A stretch of 64,000 nucleotides of DNA, taken from NCBI GenBank assembly GCA_951406725.2, contig OX597842.1, positions 28,024,001 to 28,088,000 of the forward strand, given 5' to 3'. Of this stretch, positions 1 to 12,800 are shown piece by piece. Under the pieces are notes generated by a model that worked only from the letters and a program-made list of their open reading frames with translations, was not told the DNA's origin and did no database searches. The position numbers were made by a program, and so were the translations under genes. Position 1 is the first letter of the stretch; every line of letters starts with the position of its first letter. The stretch is from Octopus vulgaris (Eukaryota).

Positions 1-1052
1 CATGCGCTCAGGCTAAGGCACCTCTGGATTTACCTGGACGGTGAGCAGGTGTGGTCTCCGTTTGTCAAGCTGTTATTTCCACAGTTCACATCGTTTAACG
101 AACTGAACCCATGGATCAAGTGTAGACCGAGGTTGGGCATGTGGCATGCAGAGTGCTATCAGGCACTCGTGCTTCTCTCCCAGTCGGGCAACGCCGGTGG
201 CGGGGCTACTACCGCGTTCTTCTATAGAGGGTTAGTAGAGTTTAAGTGTGACGACGTCCTAGGAGAAACTCTGGGCTTCGACGAAAATCAACTGGCCAGC
301 CTGTTCCAAAGAACATTCGGTCCGGGGCCTATGGATAATTACCAAAAGTCCCTGGCCTGGCAATGTTACAGAGGAGCTTTACCGGTTCGAGATAAGCTCT
401 TTAGACATGGGTGTGCACCTTCGCCGGTTTGTGCAAGATGTAAGAGGGACAGTGAAACTGTCCTGCACGCGATTGTGCAATGCCCCAAGGTGACTGAACT
501 CTGGACTTATGTCGAACACCTGCTGTCGCATTCGAGAAGAGTACAACTGTCGAGCGAATCTGTAATTAAGATAGTTCCGCCGACCTTCCTGAATAGGGAG
601 GAGCGAGCCTGTTTTCTTTCGGTAGTTGCTATGGCGAAAGAAGTAGTGTGGAAGACGAGAGTAAAAGGAATTGCAACAGGCATGTTTATCTCCAGTCTCG
701 AGCTAATCGACTTTTTCGTTTTCCACATGAAACGGAAAATAAGGCTGGAGAAGAAATGCCTGTCGCAAAGTGTGTTTCGTAAAAGATGGAAGTCTACAGC
801 AAGTATGTTGCGAGTGAAAGAACCTGTTTAATCGAGAATGTGAAAAAGGAGAAAGCAAAGTCTTCAGTGTGAGGATGTGGTTTGTGGGGTCAACCGCGTC
901 CTCCGCTTCATTTTTTTGTTAATCACTCATTCTCATTTAATTGTATATATTTTAATTGTTTGTTTATTCATACGTTTCGTCTCATTCGATACCCTGACCC
1001 CAACGTTTGTTTTGTCCCCTCTTTTTCTCAACCTTATGGTGAATAAAGAAAT
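1..1052 (+). mobile_element. 3' end of L1/Tx1-clade non-LTR retrotransposon (ORF2 C-terminus with zf-RVT CCHC motif, stop 831, 3' UTR with AATAAA)
   Basis: ORF open from the window edge to 831 contains AWQCYRGALPVRDKL..C-ARC-KRDSETVLHAIVQC (zf-RVT). AATAAA at 1042-1047 is followed directly by a TC-rich tract. Confidence 0.85.
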
Positions 1053-1390
1053 ACTCTCTCTCACCCATTCTCCTTATGCTCTCTCTCTCTCACCCTTTTT
1101 CCTCCTCACACTGTATTTTTCTATCAGTATTTCCCCTTCTCCCATCCTCCCTTTTATTCTCTCACCCTATCTCTCTCTCTGTATTTTCCCCCTCTCTCAT
1201 TCTCTCACTTATTCTTTTACCCCCTCTCTCTTTCTGTATTTTCCTGTCTCTTATTCTTTTACCCCCTCTCTCTCTCTGTATTTTCCTCTCTCTCATCCTC
1301 CCTCTTATTCTCTCTCACCATCTCTCTCTCCCATTCTCCTTATTCTCTCTCACCCTCTCTCCCTCTGACACTGTATTTTTCTCTCTCCCC
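1053..1390. repeat. CT-rich degenerate microsatellite/minisatellite
   Basis: Repeated ctctctct/ctgtatttt/cttattct units. Confidence 0.85.
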
Positions 1391-1789
1391 GTCTTGGGTG
1401 GGCGACACGGGTGGAACGGAGGTTTTTGGAAATTTTGTTTTTCTAATTTTCGCTTTTAAAATGCGTCCTTCCTTTCTCTTTGATTTCCAAATAAGCTTTT
1501 TTAAATACTTCGAAATCAAAACTGGGCGCAGCCGTACCTTAAATAAGCAGTCTATTCACCTGCTAGAAATAGCAACCAAATCTCACACAAACTCTTTTTC
1601 GCACATTTTTTTCTATTTGTAAATTTTTATTTTTTCCATAATCGATTCATAGAATCCGATTATATCGCATTATTATTTCTATTCGTAGGGGTTGTGATGA
1701 GTTTCCACAAAAATCCCAAACTGGTCGGATTTGTTTCTTGGCGATAAAATTTCAGAGAAATTTCCCGCGCTAACCCCCCCCCCCCCAAA

Positions 1790-2049
1790 AAAAAAACAGG
1801 TATTATATATACTGTGTGGCAAAAAGGGAAAATAAAGGGTTCGTTTTATTTATAGACGACATTGATTGGTTGAAATTGCAGAAATTGAAGAAAAAAAACA
1901 ACAAATATCTTACAAACTATAGAATTTTCTCAAGAAAACCAAGAGAAAAAGATGTTTTATAAACACATTCTACCAGTATATGAAGTTTAAAAGTGTTTAA
2001 GTTACGTGGAAATTATTTTAAAAAACTGCCGTTCAAACGGAAAAGATCC
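1790..2049. mobile_element. Right arm of the GGATCTTT-TIR foldback/MITE family (same family as 8428-9490 and 35374-35826)
   Basis: Ends ...CTGCCGTTCAAACGGAAAAGATCC and shares acacattctaccagtat/gaagtttaaaagtgttta with the other copies. No left arm found. Confidence 0.7.
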
Positions 2050-2294
2050 CCATCTAGCCCTGTCATATTGTGTATGTTATGCTGAATCTCCCTGTGAACT
2101 ACATTAAGGGTATGTGTGCCTGTGGAGTACTCAGCCACTTGTGCATTAATTTCACGAGCAGGCTGTTCCATCGATCATATCAAAAGAAACAAATGTTGTC
2201 ATAACCGGCCGAGTGCTCCTAATGTGCTTTTGTCTGACCCATGCAAGCATGGAAAAAGAGATTTTAAAACGATGATGATGATTAGAAAAATAAC

Positions 2295-2700
2295 CCTGAA
2301 ATATTTCCTCAGGAAAATCTTTCCCACACAAGTTTCGATGTTAAGCGAGAAGGGTGGAGCAAACCAAACGACATTTCTGCGGCGCTTCCTTTCCTGGTGT
2401 CAGGGCCTGGCATGTAGGAGAGGCAGTCCTTAAATCCACTCCATGCCAGTGCCTCGTTGTAGAAGGGGGCAGCAGCGTCAAAGCTATCTTGGTTCGAGGA
2501 CAGATTCGAGATCCTCTTGCTTACACCTCTCACTAGGTTCTTGAAAAATATAGGGCTGGTGCCAGTTCTAATGCAAGACATTCTCTGGTTTGGCTTGTGA
2601 TAAAGCTTGTGTCTACCAGAGCACAGATCGAAAGTAACATGGAAGAAAGTTACTGTGAGGAGTTTAGTCTTGTGTTGAGGTCCAGAAGGCAAGTTGCTGA
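2295..2700 (-). mobile_element. Penelope-like (Naiad-type) RT C-terminal fragment, degraded
   Basis: Minus-strand peptides SKRISNLSSNQDSFDAAAPFYNEAL..SG and, in a shifted frame, RRNVVWFAPPFSLNIETCVGKIFL. Confidence 0.7.
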
Positions 2701-3261
2701 AATGGGAAACTAACGAATTGTGGTTCTAATCGTTCTGCACATTTATCAGTGTGATAACTGAGGTATATTCGGCGATATTGTGGGGAGGAAATTTGTTGTT
2801 TGTGGACCATACAGCTCTTTTGGATTAAAATTCCTCTCGAATCAATTTAGTTTCGAAGGCAGCCCAAGCATCTGATTATGTAAATTAGGTTTTGGGGTGT
2901 GCAAGGGACGTTGGATTTGATTTTGAATATTTGCCCTTGTCTGAAATGGAATTTCGATCCTTCTAAAAGATTTTCTGCAAATAGGTGAACCACACTTTAC
3001 AACTCTTGCATCTGTTGTTCTAGGGAATAGTTTGGCATCGGTGAGAATCTTCAACAAGTAAGACTGAATAAAGAAGACTCATTTACCCCCAAATACAGAC
3101 CAAATAAATAAATATGAACCCATATTAAAAATAAAGGACTTACCCCATCTAATGTAGGGCATAAGCCAGAAAAAAAAATAGAGAGAACAAATAAAAATTT
3201 ACAGATTTACCTCCCCTTAACTGTAAAATATATGAATGAACAATTATCTCCACTTGCCGTA

Positions 3262-3936
3262 TATATTTTTTTTTCAACTCTCAGTTTGATAAGCAACTCG
3301 AAACCGGTCCTTCAATTATTTTGAAAGGACAAAACCTTATTTTGTACAAAATTATATATCTTTTTTTTCAACTCTCAGTTTGATAAGCAACTCGAAACCG
3401 GTCCTTCAATTATTTTGAAAGGACAAAACCTTATTTTGTACAAAATTATATATCTTTTTTTTCAACTCTCAGTTTGATAAGCAACTCGAAACCGGTCCTT
3501 CAATTATTTTGAAAGGACAAAACCTTATTTTGTACAAAATTATATATCTTTTTTTTTCAACTCTCAGTTTGATAAGCAACTCGAAACCGGTCCTTCAATT
3601 ATTTTGAAAGGACAAAACCTTATTTTTACAAAATTATAAATCTTTTTTTTTCAACTCTCAGTTTGATAAGCAACTCGAAACCGGTCCTTCAATTATTTTG
3701 AAAGGACAAAACCTTATTTTGTACAAAATTATATATCTTTTTTTTTCAACTCTCAGTTTGATAAGCAACTCGAAACCGGTCCTTCAATTATTTTGAAAGG
3801 ACAAAACCTTATTTTGTACAAAATTATATATCTTTTTCTTTCAACTCTCAGTTTGATAAGCAACTCGAAACCGGTCCTTCAATTATTTTGAAAGGACAAA
3901 ACCTTATTTTGTACAAAATTATATATCTTTTTTTTT
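3262..3936 (+). repeat. Tandem repeat, 7 copies of a 94-95 bp unit containing a hammerhead-like core
   Basis: Units start at about 3275, 3369, 3463, 3558, 3652, 3747 and 3842 and are near-identical. Each contains TTGATAAGCAACTCGAAACCGGTC. Confidence 0.95.
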
Positions 3937-4104
3937 CCATGACTCCAATATACCCCTAAATCCTGTGAAACAAATCTTCTGATTTTTTCATCATTTCTCT
4001 TTTTATATATATCCACCATGTGTTTCTCCACTAAAATATCTTCTACTCCATATATATATATATATATACACATATATACATAAATATATATGTGTACACA
4101 CACA

Positions 4105-4152
<48 letters not shown>

Positions 4153-4454
4153 TATATATATATATATATACATACATATATACACACATATATATACATA
4201 TATATATACATACATATGTATGTATATATATACATACATATATATATACGTACATATATATATACATATATATACATATATATATATACACATACATACA
4301 TACATACATATATATATACACATATGCATATATATATATATATATACACATACATACATACATACACATATATATATACTTTATTTAAAGCATATTACTC
4401 TACCACTGGTATTTGAGTACTCTTTTTTCCACCTTGTTTCACATTTATGTCACT

Positions 4455-4497
<43 letters not shown>

Positions 4498-4500
4498 CAT

Positions 4501-4538
<38 letters not shown>

Positions 4539-4598
4539 ATATATATATATATACATACATACATATATATATTAAACTGTTAAGAGTAGATATTAGAC

Positions 4599-4629
4599 CT
4601 TGATCTTAGCCATAAGACTGAGAAGCAAT
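4599..4629 (-). pseudogene. U2: U2 snRNA 5' fragment (first 31 nt)
   Basis: Reverse complement ATTGCTTCTCAGTCTTATGGCTAAGATCAAG vs U2 5' end ATCGCTTCTCGGCCTTTTGGCTAAGATCAAG: 27/31 identical. Confidence 0.75.
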
Positions 4630-4969
4630 AACTATGTGTGTGTGTGTGTGTGTGTGTGTGTTTCTATGCTTGTCTCCCTCAACTGCTTGACAACCAATGT
4701 TAGTATGTTTACATCCCCATGACTTAGTAATAATACTGATTATTCATTTTTATACTTTTTATGATCTAGTTATATGTTTTTAAAAAATACATTTTATTTT
4801 ATATTTATGATTTAGTTTATGTCTATCATTGTTTGAATTGCATAATAGTGGTTTTATCTCGAATTTATAGATATTATATATTTATATTGTAAAATTTGAT
4901 TTAATACTAAATTGAATTTTCCCCTGTAAGTTTGGAGTTATACTCCCTAATATTATTATTATATATATA

Positions 4970-6500
4970 TCATCATCATCATCATCATCATCGTTTAACG
5001 TCCGCTTTCCATGCTAGCATGGGTTGGACGATTTGACTGAGGTCTGGCGAACCAGACTCCAATCTGATCTGGCAGAGTTTCTACAGCTTGATGCCTTTCC
5101 TAATGCCAACCACTCCGAGAGTGTAGTGGGTGCTTTTACGTGTCACTGGCACGAGGGCCAGTCTGGTGGTACTGGCAACGGCCACACTCAAATGGTGCTT
5201 TTTATGTGCCACCTGCACAGGAGCCAGTCCAGTGGCACTGGCAACGATCTCACTCGAATGTTTTTTTCATGTGCCACCAGCACAAGTGCCAGTAAGGCGA
5301 CGCAGGTGACGACCACACTCGAATGGTGTTTTTAACTTACCATCGGCACGAAGGCCAGCTTGTTGCTCTGGCAACGATCTCACTCGTATGGTACTCTTAG
5401 CGCTCCACTAGCAACGGATACCAGTCACCAAGTTTGATTTCGACTTCGATTTCACTTGCCTCAACTGGTCTTCACAAGCAGAGTTTAGTGTCCAATGAAG
5501 AAAAGGCACACATAAGGGGACTGGTTACCCCCTAGCATAGGCCACAAGGTTATGGTCACACTTGCGCTTGCCGAGTCTTCTGCAGCACAGCATATTTCCA
5601 GAGGTCCCGGTCATTAGTAATTGCCTCAGTGAGGCCCAATGTTCTAAGGTCATGCTTCACCACTTCATCCCAGGTCTTCCTGGGTCTACCAATTTTACAG
5701 GTTCCCTCATCTGCTAGGGTGTGGCACTTTTTCACACAACTATCTTCAGCCATTCTCGCCACATGACCATACCAGTGCAAACGTCTCTCTTGCACACCAC
5801 ATCTGATGTTTCTTAGGTCCAACATTTCTCTCAAGGTACTTACACTCTGTCGAGTATGAACACTGACATTACACATCCATCGGAGCATACTGGCTTCATT
5901 TCTTGTGAGCTTACGCATATCCTCAGCAGTCACGGCCCAAGTTTCACTGCCATGTAGCATGGCTGTTTGTACACATGCGTCATACAGTCTGCCTTTTACT
6001 CTGAACGAGAGGCCCTTTATCGCCAGCAGAGGTAAGAGCTCTCTGAACTTTGCCCAGGCTATTCTTATTCTAGCAGCTACACTTTCAGCACACCCGCCCC
6101 GCTACTGACTTGGTCACCTAGGTAACGGAAGCTATCAACTACTTCTAGTTTTTCTCCCTGGAATGTGGTGGAAGTTGGTCTCTGCGCATTTTCAGTGTTT
6201 ATTGCTCCTGAGCATCTGCCACATACAAAAACTATCTTCCTAGTTAGCCTTCCTTTGACATTGCTGCACCTCTTATGTGTCCATAGCTTACACTTGGTGC
6301 AGCTTTATAGAGTTTCTACCTATGCCTTTTCTACAGATCGAGCAGGGTCATCTACCTGAAGGCGTTTGTGATTTGTCTACCTTCCTACTTATTAGGACTT
6401 CGGTTTTAGCTAGGTTGATTCTAAGGCCCCTTCGATTCTAATCCTTGTTTCCACACCTGAAACTTCTCCTCCAGTTCTGATAGTGACTCAGCAATTAGAG
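4970..6500 (-). mobile_element. 5'-truncated RTE-clade LINE (RT C-terminus with PHD-like insert, repeat-bearing 3' UTR, (GAT)n tail)
   Basis: ORF 5556-5960 MLHGSETW..LRWMC..RRLHWYGHV..GRPRKTW. Same family as 41812-43535. (CAT)n at 4970-4992. Confidence 0.9.
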
Positions 6501-6894
6501 CAAGGTCATCAGCAATATACATACATATACACAACTGTATACCCATATATATACATATATAAATACATATATGCAATTGTCAGATTTACAATTATTCCAA
6601 CACATCTTCAGGTTCTATTTGAAAATATTATATATCTAATTTTACATCCCTTTAAAAATACGCAATACAATTAAGCATTAAAGATTAAAAATTAAGAAGA
6701 AAAATGATACTTTGAAATATTAAGAATTAAAATTTATTAATTATACATTATAAATATGAATTAGTATATATACATCAATCATGTAAAATCAAGTATATGA
6801 GAAATACAGAATGTGAGATATAAGATTAAACATCAGAATAAAAATGTGTGTTTAAATGTGATATATAACAAGAAAAATTCAAATACACACATTG

Positions 6895-7330
6895 AAACTC
6901 CGACGTCTGGCAGCTGACTTGGCAGACACCCATAAAATTATTAACCATCTTACAAACAATAACTCTGAGCACCTTTTCAAACTCCACCTGTGGACATGTT
7001 TACAAAGTCAGAAAACAGCACAGCTCCCATGACTTTAGGAAACATTTTTTCACGCTAAGAGTTGCTGAAGCATGGAACAAACTGCCGGCATCAGTTGTTA
7101 GTTGTCAGAGCACTGCATCCTTCAAAACTTCCATGCTTTCTGAGATTTGCCAACACTACACCTGATTTTCTCCCCTCCATACACACACAATCATGTATCT
7201 GACTCATACATTATTCGCTTTCCAGACATTTGTACATTACTGCATATACTTTATATGCACTGTCTGACAAGTTGTGGTGCACCTGAGCACTGTATACAAT
7301 AATTTCATTATTATTATTATTATTATTATA
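6895..7330 (+). mobile_element. CR1-type LINE 3' end with (ATT)n tail
   Basis: Translates RRLAADL..HKII..GHVYKV..RKHFFTLRVAEAWNKLP..SFK, followed by an (ATT)n tail. Confidence 0.75.
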
Positions 7331-7494
7331 TGAGGATTTGGTACAAGTAGTGAAGTTGACAACCAATCTAAGACTTTTTACAAAAGATCATTCTGATGAA
7401 AGAGAGATGTAGGAAATAGTGACATTTCTGTCGAACAAAGTCTAGGTGCATTCAAAATCAACCTGACTTACAACCTTTGTCTTTAATTCCAACT

Positions 7495-8410
7495 GATTTT
7501 GTATAGGCTGACCTTGCAAATAACTTCACAGACCCCGTGTGGCTTGCAAACAGACCCATTATTACTCCAACAAATGAAATATCACAATTTGTGAATGAAT
7601 TCATGTTGACCAGGATCCCTGGCGAGGTAAAGATATACAGAAAGCTCAGATACAGTTGATAACGAAGCTCTGTACCTAATCAAATTCATCAACAAACTCC
7701 TACCATCAGAGTTTCCATGGACATATCCTCACCTCAAAGACAAGAGGCTGCATTAGGTTTTCGAAGAATTTAGATGTTAAACAAGGCCATTGCAATGACA
7801 CAGGCTACGTTATTATCTGCTTGCACGATCTTATTATTGTGACTGAGGTTGCTTGTGGCCCTTCTGCAGGATCAGTGCTGGTAATCTCAAGGATTCCGCA
7901 TGGGTCTCAATGACTGGAGTTCCCATTCACAGTTACCACATAAACAATTTCCTGTGGAACCAGTCTCTGCCTTGACATGCAGCAAGGCACAGGGACAGAC
8001 ATTTAAACCAAGCAGAATATATCTTCCAACGCAATTCTTCTCCCGTGGTCAGCTGTAAGTTTCCTTTTCTAGATTTTGGATGAAGGCTAATGTAAAAATA
8101 TTGGCTGAGACAAATAGAAACTGTATATTGACTGACAATTGTGTCCACAAGGAGGTTCTACTTGAAAACAAAATGTGCATTTTAAGTAAGTTTCACAAAA
8201 TGGAATTTACAACTTTCGTTTTTTGAAAAATTCCACAGGATATTTAAACTGTCTCTATAACAATGGAAGTGTTTAGGGAGATGCTGGGACTTACAACAAC
8301 AACAACAACAAATGAAATTTCAAAGTTTGTCTTTATTTCCACAGTTTATCTAGAACAATGAGGGAACCAAACCAGTAAAGGGGTCTACAGGTGGTAGAGA
8401 GATCTGCTAG
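7495..8410 (+). mobile_element. Helitron remnant (PIF1-like helicase C-terminus, degraded; 3' CTAG end)
   Basis: Disrupted peptides RPIITPTNE..VNEFML..IPGE, NLDVKQGHCN, QFPV, KAQGQTF, FSRGQL, NCVHKEVL. Terminal CTAG at 8407-8410. Confidence 0.75.
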
Positions 8411-8427
8411 AATTAGTAACCAAATCC

Positions 8428-9490
8428 GGATCTTTACCTTTCGACCGGCAGATTTAGAAAAATAATTTCTTGTAACTAAACACTTTCAAACTTCGTATTC
8501 TGGTAGAATGTGTCGTATAAAACATCTTTTACTCTTAGCGTTTTTGAGAAAAGTTTATATTTACAAAGTTATTTCGTGTTAAATTTGTCGTATTTCAGTA
8601 ATTTCAACCAATCAATGATGTGTATTCAGCTGAATAAAATTACTGCTAACCCATGCTAGCATGCAAAGCGGACGTTAAAGGACGATGATGATGATGTTTG
8701 TCAACAACAACTGGTGGTATATATTTCGTTTGTTGTTGTTATTTATGACATCGTTCATGCGTTTGTACTGGTTTTAGCTTTAAGGTGTTAGGGTTAGGGT
8801 TTTAGGTTAGGGCTAGGTTTTAGTGTCAGGGCTAAGGTTTTAGGGTTAGGGTTAGGGTTAGAGTTAAGGTTTTAGTGTTAGGGCTAGGGTTTTAGTGTCA
8901 GGGCTAAGGTTTTAGGGTTAGGGTTAGGGTTTTAGGGTTAGAGTTAAGGTTTTAGTGTTAGGGCTAGGGTTTTAGTGTCAGGGCTAAGGTTTTAGGGTTA
9001 GGGTTAGAGTTAAGGTTTTAGTGTTAGGGCTAGGGTTTTAGTGTCAGGGCTAAGGTGTTAGGGTTAGGGTTAAAAAAGTCTTACCGAAAATAGTAGCTGA
9101 AAAACAGGAAAAAACATAACTAAAACCAGTAGAAATGCACGAACGATTCTGGTGGTGCCATGAAGTAAACATGTTTCAGATAGACTCGTTTTTCATACAA
9201 ACGTAACTGAGATGAAATATGTCATAAATAACAGTGACAAACGAAATATACACCGCCAGAAGTTGTTGTTGTTGACAAACAACGGCAGTAATTTTATTCA
9301 GATGAATACACGCCATTGATTGGTTGATATTACCGAAATACGACAAATTTAACACGAAATATAAACTTTTCTCAAAAACGCTAAGAGTAAAAGATGTTTT
9401 ATACGACACATTCTACCAGAATACGAAGTTTGAAAGTGTTTAGTTCCAAAAAATTATTTTCTAAATCTGCCAGTCAAAAGGTAAAGATCC
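8428..9490. mobile_element. Foldback non-autonomous DNA transposon: ~300-350 bp imperfect TIRs, 8-bp TSD CCAAATCC, telomere-like core
   Basis: GGATCTTTACCTTT... / ...AAAAGGTAAAGATCC termini. CCAAATCC at 8420-8427 and 9491-9498. Superfamily (Merlin/MULE/hAT) not resolved. Confidence 0.9.
8783..9072 (+). repeat. Interstitial TTAGGG-variant repeat inside the foldback element
   Basis: TTAGGG, TTTTAGGG, TTAGAG and TCAGGG units in a higher-order arrangement. Confidence 0.9.
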
Positions 9491-9668
9491 CCAAATCCTA
9501 CTCCATTCATAACTTATCACCTTAAAGAAGGACACATTAAACAATGTGGTTCTATGTTCTCTATACTTATGAAAAAGACAGGATGGTCCTGGATGGAAGG
9601 CATTTGATAATAGGTCTGTGGTAAAGACAGACTTGCGACTAAGCAACAGCAACAATTTACAAAGAAAT

Positions 9669-9874
9669 TCAATTGAATAATGATGATAAACATTCGAGTG
9701 CATCGTAACATTCAGTTCTTACAAGAGCTGCTTTTAATATTCGAAGTGTACGTTTCTCTGGATCAGTACATTGATGCCATTTGTGCAGCATCTGGAAGCC
9801 TTGTTCCGCAACGTCAAGAGGATAGTCATGCCTGATGTTGTCCAGCTCATATTGTTGAATTTCTAATTCCCTTC
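9669..9874 (-). CDS. Last exon: death domain helices 2-6 and stop
   Basis: ttttgcag|GA AGG GAA... gives (G)RELEIQQYELDNIRHDYPLDVAEQGFQMLHKW..TLRILKAALVRTEC..LFN*. Phase 1 start. Confidence 0.85.
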
Positions 9875-12800
9875 CTGCAAAAGAAATAAGAAATAATTGC
9901 AACAGCATTAACGATAATATAAAACCTGTGTACTGTAGGCTGTATTAATTAGGACAAAGAAATTATGTGAATAGAAGAATGAGAAATACTTAAGAAACAG
10001 GGAAATTAGAAGACATTGTTATCTATTTCTAAAGATGTTGACAAAAATATCAAACAATTTGAAATAAAGGCTGGAGAAGGAGAAGAATATTTTAAAGAAT
10101 TGAAAATTACACATGAGAAAATGTCTGGTGAACAACTGGCAGGAGAAGTGTTTGTGTGGGTAGCAGTGTATGAGAGCCTAAAGAATTGACAAAGACCACC
10201 AACAGATAATTTCATCCATCCGTCCATTTTCTCTGCCCTCTATTCATAGGAGGGTTGTAGGGGAAGAGTCTTCAGGCACCTCCTTCATATGATCCTATCA
10301 GAGGCAACCTTCATTAGAATTTCTGAAAGGATTTCCAAGCATGGCCAATTGAAACTATGGATATCATCCAACCATTTCATTCTTGCTCTACCCCTAGGTC
10401 TCCTGTCGGTTGGCTCAGCTTGAAGAATCCCTCTTGTGGTTCTTTCCTGTGATATTTTAATCACATGCCAGGATTACTGGAGCTGTGAATTCTCAATGCA
10501 GAGAAGCAGTCACTTGACCTGGAGAGACCCCAAATCTCCAGCCTGCACACCTTGTTGAGTAACGTTACTCCAGAGACTCTTTGGAGGAATACAATCTCAG
10601 TCGTTTGATAACATCCTGTGATCAATGCCTGAAATAGTCATTTGCGATGTCTTTCCACCTATGATTAATAAATATTTAAAAATTATCAACATTCAGAAAT
10701 ATCTCAAAAGTGGGGATTGTGTACCTGAATGATTTCAACCACTCCAAAGTAAAAATATAATACTGTTAGGTAAATATCACTTATTTTAGAGGGCACTGGC
10801 TTAAGGTTTTTGGATTCATGACTTATAACAAGAACTTCTTTCACTGGATCAAGGCCACAATTTCAAAGAATCTAATACAGGAGAGGCCCTAGAGTAAACA
10901 AAGCAATGAGAAGAGTTCTACCAACATCTACACCATACACCTACAACACTCGGGTCCTGATAGAATCACTGCATTCACAAACAAGCAAGTTTACAGGGAG
11001 GGCAGGTTAAGGTTAGGGCTGAGGAAGGACTTTGTATGTGGCAAATATACAGGAATAGTTCATAGGAACAAGTATGAAAGACATAGTTGATAGTTTCTGT
11101 TACCTAAAGGACAGAATTAGAAGTAGAGGAAACTATTCTGAAAGCACAGTAGTTAGAAGGAAAACGAGATGAAAAATGTACAGGGAGTTATTATGTCTAC
11201 TGGCAACTAAGGGATTCTGTCTCCATATGAGGGAGAGATTGCACTTTACAAATACACCTCATGCAATGTTACATAGAATGTGAAAGATGCAATGGAAACT
11301 GCCAGGAAATGAGGTGAGCAGACATCACTAGAAGTGTAATGTTAATGTGTTGAAAACTTGGAGCCAAATAACTGGATCTCAGAAGAATCTGTGATAGTGT
11401 ACAAGAAAAAAGATAATGGTATAGATATAGAAGGGACATGGCAGATGAAATCTGGGTAAAGAAGTGCCTGGAATTCAAGTGGAAAGAAACAAGCGATCAA
11501 ACTGGACAAAGGACCACAACAACTCTGGGAGAAGTCGTCTGACCATTACAAACTTAGAAAAATGGATGTAAGGTGATGATGATAATGGACCTGGTGTTAG
11601 TGGATTCATTTTATCCTAGTATATGACTGGTACATTTTGTATGACACCCAGAGGTATAGCAAGCTGGCAATGTTGTAGATGATGTCCTTTCTTAAATTAG
11701 ATAAATCATTTCTGAGTGTGAACTGCCATGCTACATGGCAGTGAAACATGGGCCATGACTGCTGAGGACATGCGTAGGCTTGACAGAAATGAAGGTAGTA
11801 TGATCCGCTGGATGTGGAATGTCTGTGTGCATACACGACACAGTGTAAACACCCTGAGAGGAAAGTTGGACATGAGAAGCATCAAATGTGGTGTGCAAGA
11901 GAGACGACTACGCTGATATGGTCACGTGTTACGTATGGATGAGGACAACTGTGTGAGGAAGTGCCACTCCCTAACTGTAGAACGAAGCTGTGGAAGAGGT
12001 AGACCCAGGAAGACATGGAATGAGATGGTGAAGCATGGCCTTTGAACATTGGGCCTCACAGAGGCAATGGCAGGAGACCGAGACCGTTGGAAATATACTG
12101 TGATTGAGAAGACCCAGCAACTAAAGTGAGATCGCAGCCATGGCCAATGCCAGTGTTGCATGTCCGGCCCATTTAAGAGTATCCTTAATGCATCGGGTGA
12201 CATGATATGCTTGAGAAGACCTGTTGAGTCAAGTAAAACCAAAATTGCAGCTGTGGCCAGTGCCCCATGACTAGCCCCCGTTCTGGTGGCACATAAAAGG
12301 CATCATCCGAATGTAGTCGATGCCAGTGTCATCTGACTGACTCCTTGTGTTGGTGGCACGTAAAAAGGCCATCCGAACATGACTGATGCTAGGTCCACCT
12401 GACTGGCTCCTGTACTGGTGACACATAAAAAGTAGCCACTACACTCTCGGAGTGGCTGGCATTAGGAAGGGCATCCAGCTGTAGAAACTCTGCCAGATCA
12501 GATTGGAGCCTGGTGCAGCCACTGGCTCTCCAGACCTCAGTCAAACAGTCCAACCCATGCCAGCATGGAAAACAGACGTCAAATGATGATGATGATGATG
12601 GTTTCTATCAGCTGACTCAGGGGATATTGTCATGATCCCTTGAGTCAGGGATCAAAGGTTCAAATCTAATCCCCAGCACCGCTCAATGTACCTGGTAAAG
12701 ACATTTCTCTATGCTTCACTCTATCTAGATGTATATAGGTACCATAGGGAGGTAGAAGACATTGCTGTAAATAATAGGAGCATTGTATAAATGATATTTT

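Noticed and set aside
3262-3936. CRISPR-like array
   Set aside because: Units repeat head-to-tail with no unique spacers, there are no cas genes, and the context is eukaryotic.
8783-9072. True telomere or chromosome-fusion site
   Set aside because: The variant repeats lie inside a TSD-flanked transposon, and a related MITE at 35374 also carries TTAGGG.
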